From the NCBI GenBank assembly GCA_000092065.1, contig CP000591.1: a stretch of DNA of 64,000 bases. One strand, written 5' to 3'. Below, in pieces: positions 57,401 through 64,000 of the stretch. Under the pieces are notes generated by a model. It did no database searches. It saw only the letters and a program-made list of their open reading frames with translations, and had not been told where the DNA came from. This stretch comes from Ostreococcus lucimarinus (lineage: Eukaryota). The position numbers and the translations under genes are program-made. Each line of letters starts with the position of its first letter. The first letter of the stretch is position 1.

Positions 57401-59746
57401 CTGTCGCTCTTGTTCCGCTTTCAAGTATAAACGCGTCAAACGGCCGAGATTCTTGCGGCACACCGTCTTGTCCACTGTCGCGCCGCGGCGAATGCGCTCG
57501 CGGTTGTAGTGCGCGACGTTGGTCCACCAATCAGCTTTGCTCTTGACGTATCTCAAGATCATGTTTTCTATAGGTGTCGGCATGCCCGGAACCTTCCACG
57601 GGATGTTCGCCTTGAAGCATCTCCACGCCTCTGAAAGATGCGCGAGAATCGTGCGAGCTTTGTTTTGCTTGACGCCCTCTGGCATGGAATCTAAGATGTC
57701 GTGCATCACGGCTGCGCGTAATTCAAGATCAAAGTGCGACTCGATGCGTTGCTTCGTCACAGTCTTGGCGATGCCCTTGTTGTTACGACCTTCAAATTGA
57801 CGCGCGAGCAAGTTGCCGAGCCATCGTTCGAGTAAAGGCACAATGCCGCGCAAGAAGAAGAGCCACACGCGCCACATGGGGGCCCAGAAGCCCACGCCCG
57901 GCCCTTTACCCACCGGACCCGTATTGAAACGATAGTAAATCAGGTGCTTGAGATCCTTGCACATTCTAATCTGACGCATGAGCTTGTATTTGTATCTGTA
58001 CATCCCAGTCAATTGACCGACGTGCGAGAACACGTATTGCAATCCATCGGCGAGTTGATACGCGTCGATGTTACCGAGACGGAACTGCACGTTGGAATCC
58101 ACCACGAGCTTGGTGAGACGCAAGACTTCGCGGCAGAGGTGGAACGCGTTCCCAAATCGACTCTTCTTACGCTCCTTTGTCGTCAGCGTTTTCACGGGCT
58201 TCAAGTTGAAGTTGTAGTCCAAGTGCAAGTAGTTCAAGTTCTTTCGATGAATCAAGAGATTGAGCATGTTGTAACCTTGCCTACACACTTGCAAACCGAC
58301 TTCGACCCAGTCGAGCTCGGTGCACTGGAAGAATTTCGTCTTCTTCAGCGCGACGAACAAGTTTCGGCGCTTCATCGGCTTCGGCGGGCGCTTATGCAAT
58401 TGGTTCAACACGAAACCTTTCAACAGCTTTTGATACGACACGCGAACCTTGACCGGGTAGCCCGACGGGCAGTGCTCGTGAAACCAGTTGTTCACCAAGG
58501 GCACGTCCATCGCGCGACGCGTCTTCCCGCTCCTCAGGTTGAACGGTCGAGGTGCATAGAGAAGTGCGATCCCACCCGCAGTGTTGTCCGTGTAAAGCGG
58601 GGTGTCTTCTAAAAACGGCTCGATACCATCCGGCAACTGAAAGTCGTCCTCGCCGTCGTCTTCTTCTCGCGGCGTCGTCTTCTGCTTGTTTGACCTATAA
58701 AACGCAATCGGATGAATCAATGGGTCGTAGTAATACGCCGGTAAATCGGGATCTTCCGTCTTGATGAACATCACCATGGGCGTGTGATACACCGCGAGCG
58801 ACACTTTGCGCGGCCGGTTGTTGTACAAGTACGGAAACGCCACCTTGTACTCGGTGCGCAGCGCGCTGCGAATGATGAGCTTGTTGATGTCGTTGAACTC
58901 ATTCCAATCCTCGTCCGCGCGATCCATGTCTCGAAATAACGGCTCAAACTTTGGTCCACCCGGGATGCACATGCCCAAAGCCTTGGCGGTGAAGAAAGAT
59001 TTGTGATCAAAGAGGTAAAAGTAATTTTTATCCGTCAAGTCGCTCAGGAGCTGCGACGACAGTCTGTGCAGGTTCGCCATCACCGGTAGCGGCAACTGCC
59101 ACTTGCGGTAACTCGGTCCGTTGACGAATTTCGTCCACTTCAGCGGGTTATGATCGTAGAACCACTCCGCCACCGCGCCGTCTTCCTCTTCGTCTAACTC
59201 CAGCGCGATCGCCTCCAGCGGGTCCACGTCGAGCAAGTTGTCGGCGTAATCCAACGGCGGTTCTTCGTCGTCAAACGGTGGAAACCGCATGCGCTTAAAA
59301 TGTTTCCTATCCCTCTTCTCCCGTCGCATCATGATCCACATCGTCCCCCACTGCGCGATGAACACCGGCTCGATCACCCTCGGCGTCTCGTTCACAAACG
59401 TAATCGCCCCCGTGATGTGGTAAATCACCTCGCAGTGCCGCACCTGTTCCCACGGCATCGGCATGTTCTCCAACAGTTTATACACCGCGTGCGGCACGAA
59501 TTTCAACGCTCCCAAGTACACCCTCTTATCGTGTCGAAACTTTCGGCTCGACATGTCGCCGTGATCCTTGATAATCTTCCGCACGTGCTCCGGCGGCATC
59601 TCCTCCTTCGGCGGTTCCTGGTACCCAAACTTGCGCCGCGCGCCGTACCGCTTCGCGTTCAGCGCTCGCCACTTCCGCGCCTTCTCCATCACTTCCTCCG
59701 ACACACCGACGTCCATATCATCCCGCGCCGTCGTTTCCTCGTCCAT
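52754..59746 (-). CDS. PRP8: Pre-mRNA-processing-splicing factor 8 (PRP8), intronless, 2330 aa
   Basis: ATG at 59746. The N-terminus is diagnostic ([80 protein letters not shown]), and the full length is conserved. Confidence 0.97.
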
Positions 59747-60075
59747 CGTCTCCGCGTCGTCGTCGCGTCGTCCCGCGCGCGTCGTCGTCGTCGCGATCGT
59801 CCCGCCGCCGCCCTCGCCGGTCGTCGTCTCGCGCGTCGCGTCTCGCGCGCGTCGCGCGCGCGCGTCCGGTCGACGGTTCGCGTCTCACGCGCGTCGCGCG
59901 CGCGTCGCTCGCGTCGCGTCGTCCCGCGCGCGCGCGTCGACGACCGCGCGTCGCGGATTGCGGCGCGGGACGGGACGGAATGCGACGTGGCGCCCGACAA
60001 AGTGGTGCCTCACTGAATGCCCATACGAAGCATCGATGCACTCGTCGACGCGACGACGACGACGCGCGAGACGAC

Positions 60076-60199
60076 ATGGGCGATCTCGAGGGACGAAAAG
60101 AACGCGAACGACGCGCGGGACGTCGCGGGCGGGCGCGGGGGGGGTCGGCGCGCGCGGTTCGGGTCGTCGCGGCGTGGAGCCTCGTCGCGGCGGCGCGCG

Positions 60200-60243
<44 letters not shown>

Positions 60244-60534
60244 TGTCGAGAATGCCTGGCGGAGGGCGGCGAACGGGTGGGGAGAGTTTGGTGCGCGAGC
60301 ACGCAGACGTGCGAGTCGTTGGAGTTCGCGGGAGGGTGCGACGCGGCGGCGCGAGACGCGAGCGCGTGCGCGACGACGCGAGAACGACTGGCGCGCGCCG
60401 CGGCGCTGGGAGTGCCGAAGATTCGGGTTTTATACGACGCGTACGGGAGAATGAGACGAATTTTGGACGATGCGCTGGCGTTCATGGCGCGGCGACGCGA
60501 GGCGAGGCGCGCGAAGAGGGACGAGATGCGTTAG
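60076..60534 (+). CDS. Possible small secreted Cys-rich protein with a poly-Thr (T13) linker
   Basis: The ATG at 60076 (MGDLEG...) is followed by a hydrophobic stretch AVRVVAAWSLVAAARAA, a T13 run encoded by (GAC)n at about 60203-60243, and then CRECLAEGG...WCASTQTCESLEFAGGCDAAARDASAC. The call is weak; the track ORF starts earlier at 59980. Confidence 0.25.
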
Positions 60535-60770
60535 GGCGTCTTCGCGTCGCGTCGGAACTCTCGGCGACGACGTCGCGATTCCTTGTACGCGGCGGCGCAA
60601 GTACAGATTGTGTGTATATTCAAAGTACGTGTACGGGTGAGTAACTAAGATGCTTAATGCCGCGGGCCGATCGTGTTCGCGTCAACTGAAGGTGAGCTGA
60701 CTTCGAGACGAATTTTATGAGAGCGCGCGCGCGCCAGGTGGAATCGTCAACGGGTGGCCGGTCGCATCGC

Positions 60771-63707
60771 TCACTTTCTTTCCGGAACAGTGCACGGCTT
60801 AATGCCCCAAATCTCCTTCGCGTACTGGTCGATGGTACGATCGGAGTTGAACTTACCGCTGAACGCGGTGGAGATGATGGAGGACTCGGTCCAGCCCATG
60901 GAATCGGCGTACGCCACGTCGACGCGCTCTTGCGCTTCGAGGTAAGACGCGAAATCCTTACCGACGAGGAAGTAGTCACCGCGACCGAAGCCCTCGTTGC
61001 CTTCGAGAGAGCCCAACAACTCCTCGAACTTGTCGCCGAAGACGCCAGATCGAACGTATTCCAACGTTTCCGTGAAGCGCGCATCCGGAACAAACTTACC
61101 CGCGGCGCGCTCGGCTCTCGCCGGTTCGACTTCGGGATCGGTGATACCGAACAAGAAGAAGTTGTCGTCGCCGACGCACTCACGAATTTCGACGTTAGCA
61201 CCATCGAGAGTACCGATGATCAAGCAACCATTCATTTGGAACTTCATGTTGGAAGTACCAGACGCCTCGGTACCGGCGGTGGAGATGTGCTGAGACAACT
61301 CGGACGCCGGGATCAAGGTTTCAGCCAAAGAAACGTTGTAATCCGGAACGAAGACGACCTTGAGCAGATCACCGATCTCCGGATCGTTGTTCACGACGCT
61401 ACCGACGTTGTTGATGAGACGAACGATGCGCTTGGCTTGCGTGTAGGTCGCGTACGCCTTGCCGCCAAAGATGCACACGCGCGGCACGCACTTGGCGCGC
61501 TCCTCCGGAGTCATCGCCTTCATCTGCTTGTATCGGTAAATAATGCCTAAGATGTTCAAGAACTGACGCTTGTACTCGTGGATGCGCTTGACTTGGATGT
61601 CAAACATGGAATCGATGGGAACGTCGATGTCCGTAACCTTCTTGATGTAGTCCTTGCAAATTTTCTTGCGAGCCAACTTCGCCGCTTTCCATTCGGCTTG
61701 GAGCTCCGGGTTAGTGGCGTGTTCGGCCAGCTTGCGGAGCTCGTCGGTATCCGTGACCCACTTGTCGTTACCCACCCATTTGGTGATCACCGCAGAGAGT
61801 TGCGGGTTGCAGAACGCCAACCAACGGCGCGGCGTGACGCCGTTCGTCTTGTTTTGGAACTTCTCCGGGAAGAGCTTGTAAAAGTCGTTGAAGGTGAAAT
61901 CCTTGACGATTTCAGAGTGAATGGCGGCGACGCCGTTGATGGCCATGCCAGAGATGCAGCATAAGTTGGCCATGCGAACCATCGCGGGCTTTTCTTCTTC
62001 CGACTCCTTCTTCTTCTTGTCATCCTTCTTCTTGTCATCCTTCTTGGCCGCCTTGGCCGCCTTGGCCTTGGCCGCCTTTTCTTCCGGAGACACGTAGTTT
62101 TCGAGGATGCTCATCACGCCGATGGAGCGCTCGAGCTCGGCCGCCGGCATGTCGGCGTACTTGGCTCGAACAGACGCGATGAATTCTTCGTCGATGCGCT
62201 TGATGATTTCCATGTGGCGCGGGAGGAGCTCCTCGACCAAATCGAGCGGCCACTTTTCGAGCGCCTCCGGCATGACGGTGTGGTTCGTGTACGCCACGGT
62301 CTTCTTCGTGACGGCCCACGCGTCGTCCCAGCTCAAGCCTTCGTCATCCATCAAGATGCGCATGAGTTCCGGCGCGGCAAGCGTCGGGTGCGTGTCGTTC
62401 ATTTGAATCGCAACCTTTTCGTGGAGCTTGCTCCAGTCAGAGTTGCCACGCTCCTTCCAGCGCGCCAAAATGTCTTGCACGGACGCGGAGCAGAGCATGT
62501 ATTGTTGGCTCAAGCGCAACGCCTTACCTTCGCGCGTGCCATCACCCGGGTAAAGCACGGCGCACAACATGGATGCCAAGTTCGTCGGCCCCATGGAGGT
62601 TTCGTAGTCGCTCGCGTTGAACGCGGCCAAATCGAATTCCACGGCGGACGGTTGAGCGTCCCACATGCGAAGAGAGATGCAGTTGCGCGTCTTGTAACCC
62701 GGAATCGGGGAATCGTACGCGACCGCGCGCACTTGCTTGCCCGGCGCCCACTTGCCGTTGACAACCTTACCGTAGAAAGAAATCGGGTAGCTCACTTGCG
62801 GGCGAGCGACTTCCCACGGGTTGCCGACTTCGAGCCAGTCATCAGCGTACTCGAGCTGCTCCCCGGTCGCCTTGTCGACACCTTGCTTGAACAAACCGTA
62901 CTTGTAACGCAAACCGTAGCCCCAAGCCGGAAGGTCGAGGGTGGCGATGGAGTCCAAAAAACACGACGCCAAGCGACCCAAACCGCCGTTGCCGAGACCG
63001 GCATTGCGTTCGACGCTCATGACGTCTTCCAACGTGTAACCGAGCGAGCGAAGCGCCTCAGAGTACTCGCCGGTGAGACCCATGTTACCGATGGCGTTCG
63101 TCAACGCGCGCCCTTGCAAGTACTCCATGGAAAGGTAGTACGCCTGCTTCGGGTTCTCCTTGTGGAAGTGCGCGTACGTGTCGTTCCATCGCTCCACCAA
63201 CCCTTCGCGAACGCTTTGAGCGGTGGCTTGGTACATTTCCGGCACGCCAAACTCAATCGGAAGCGCGCTCGTGGACTTCGCCGCGTGGTACTGCACGTTC
63301 TCCTTGACCGACTCGGACGTCTTACCGACGTCGGCGGCGACGGCGCGAATCGTCGGCTTGTTCGCCGAAGCTATTAGAGCGTTCAAAATCAACAGTCTCG
63401 TCAGTCTCGCGTTCGTCGCGTTCGAAACCCAAACCTCCGCGTCGGCGGCCGCCGCCAGATCGTCGATCGCCCGCCGTCCACGCCGTCGCGTCGCGTCCCT
63501 CGAGCGCCGAGCCTCGCCCAACGCCGTCGCGCCGTCCCGCCGTCGCCTCCGCCGTCGCGTCCGTCGCGCTCGCGTCGTCCTCGTCGCTCGATCGTCAAAA
63601 AGATGTCCGCCTCGACCGCCAGGCCATGCGGACGGTTGCCCATCGGACGATGACGACGGCGACGTCGCGTCGTCGCGCGGTCGCGCGCACCGTTCGTTCG
63701 CGCGCAT
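60771..63707 (-). CDS. PHO1: Alpha-1,4-glucan (starch) phosphorylase, plastidial Pho1/PhoA type, with a Lys/Asp/Glu-rich insertion; the N-terminus is uncertain
   Basis: The pyridoxal-phosphate site is EASGTSNMKFQMNGCLIIGTLDGANVEIRE. The N-terminal block QYHAAKS...ATAQSVREGLVERWNDTYAHFHKENPKQAYYLSMEYLQGRALTNAIGN is present. The insertion EEKAAKAKAAKAAKKDDKKKDDKKKKESEEEK is encoded at about 61990-62090. The first ATG in the frame is at 63707. The frame stays open to 63977 (a GTG) and possibly beyond the window. Confidence 0.88.
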   Translation of the reverse strand: MRANERCARPRDDATSPSSSSDGQPSAWPGGRGGHLFDDRATRTTRARRTRRRRRRRDGATALGEARRSRDATRRRGRRAIDDLAAAADAEVWVSNATNARLTRLLILNALIASANKPTIRAVAADVGKTSESVKENVQYHAAKSTSALPIEFGVPEMYQATAQSVREGLVERWNDTYAHFHKENPKQAYYLSMEYLQGRALTNAIGNMGLTGEYSEALRSLGYTLEDVMSVERNAGLGNGGLGRLASCFLDSIATLDLPAWGYGLRYKYGLFKQGVDKATGEQLEYADDWLEVGNPWEVARPQVSYPISFYGKVVNGKWAPGKQVRAVAYDSPIPGYKTRNCISLRMWDAQPSAVEFDLAAFNASDYETSMGPTNLASMLCAVLYPGDGTREGKALRLSQQYMLCSASVQDILARWKERGNSDWSKLHEKVAIQMNDTHPTLAAPELMRILMDDEGLSWDDAWAVTKKTVAYTNHTVMPEALEKWPLDLVEELLPRHMEIIKRIDEEFIASVRAKYADMPAAELERSIGVMSILENYVSPEEKAAKAKAAKAAKKDDKKKDDKKKKESEEEKPAMVRMANLCCISGMAINGVAAIHSEIVKDFTFNDFYKLFPEKFQNKTNGVTPRRWLAFCNPQLSAVITKWVGNDKWVTDTDELRKLAEHATNPELQAEWKAAKLARKKICKDYIKKVTDIDVPIDSMFDIQVKRIHEYKRQFLNILGIIYRYKQMKAMTPEERAKCVPRVCIFGGKAYATYTQAKRIVRLINNVGSVVNNDPEIGDLLKVVFVPDYNVSLAETLIPASELSQHISTAGTEASGTSNMKFQMNGCLIIGTLDGANVEIRECVGDDNFFLFGITDPEVEPARAERAAGKFVPDARFTETLEYVRSGVFGDKFEELLGSLEGNEGFGRGDYFLVGKDFASYLEAQERVDVAYADSMGWTESSIISTAFSGKFNSDRTIDQYAKEIWGIKPCTVPERK

Positions 63708-64000
63708 CGCGCGTTCGCGCGTCGCGCCGTCGCTCCCGCGGGCGCTCGCGCGCGCATCGTCACCACGCGCGTCGTGCGCGCGGACATGGTCGATCGGTCG
63801 GCGCGTTCTGCGGGCGCGCGGCGGCGTCGCGCGCAACGAGTGGCGCGCGCTCGCGCGTCGCTCGATGGGGTTCGACGTGTGCGGAATACGACGTTTGTGA
63901 AATGTTTGGTTTTTTATGCGCAACGCGATATTTTTGAAACGCGACGCCGCGGCGGCGGCGGCGGAGGCGACGATCACTTGACCACGGCCTCGAAAGCGTC

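Noticed and set aside
1-64000. Search for transposons, CRISPR arrays, rRNA and obvious tRNA genes
   Set aside because: There are no inverted-repeat-flanked elements and no transposase or RT-like ORFs. CRISPR does not apply to a eukaryotic nuclear sequence. No rDNA-like conserved blocks were seen. I could not systematically fold for tRNAs by eye, so none are claimed, though a tRNA gene cannot be fully excluded.

Overview
This window begins at a chromosome end and contains about 30 protein-coding genes from a GC-rich, gene-dense, almost intron-free nuclear genome. The telomere is (CCCTAAA)n, which is the plant-type TTTAGGG repeat read on the C-strand. Several genes point to a plastid-bearing green alga, most plausibly a Mamiellophyceae-like picoeukaryote, though this is inference. 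They include the MEP-pathway enzyme IspF, a plastid-type alpha-glucan phosphorylase with a charged insertion, chloroplast-type CBSX proteins, an FZO-like GTPase and bifunctional HisHF. TGTAA motifs in AT-rich 3' islands fit the same picture. Most genes are ordinary housekeeping loci, including PRP8, a USP deubiquitinase, Rab-GGTase beta, an exportin, a Puf protein, RNase Z, PTH2, PRA1, RluA and BCNT/SWC5. Two things stand out at the chromosome end: a GT47 exostosin gene 0.85 kb from the telomere, and a Golgi-type sulfotransferase gene nearby. The most unusual locus runs from 31.5 to 49.7 kb. It is one or two giant ORFs of about 3700 and 2370 aa, with an N-terminal multi-pass membrane domain followed by about 17 kb of coiled coil. 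The coiled coil is built from nested, near-identical tandem repeats with periods of 258 bp and 786 bp, plus a 1539-bp higher-order repeat. It ends in a CBM20-like starch-binding domain. A +1 frame break at about 42.62 kb lies exactly at a repeat-to-repeat junction. I read this as an undescribed membrane-anchored starch-granule or pyrenoid starch-sheath scaffold, combining features of MFP1, PTST and SAGA1. All similarity calls were made by eye from the translations, with no database searches run. Gene starts are approximate, because the ORF track uses non-ATG starts and many N-termini are low-complexity transit-peptide-like extensions.
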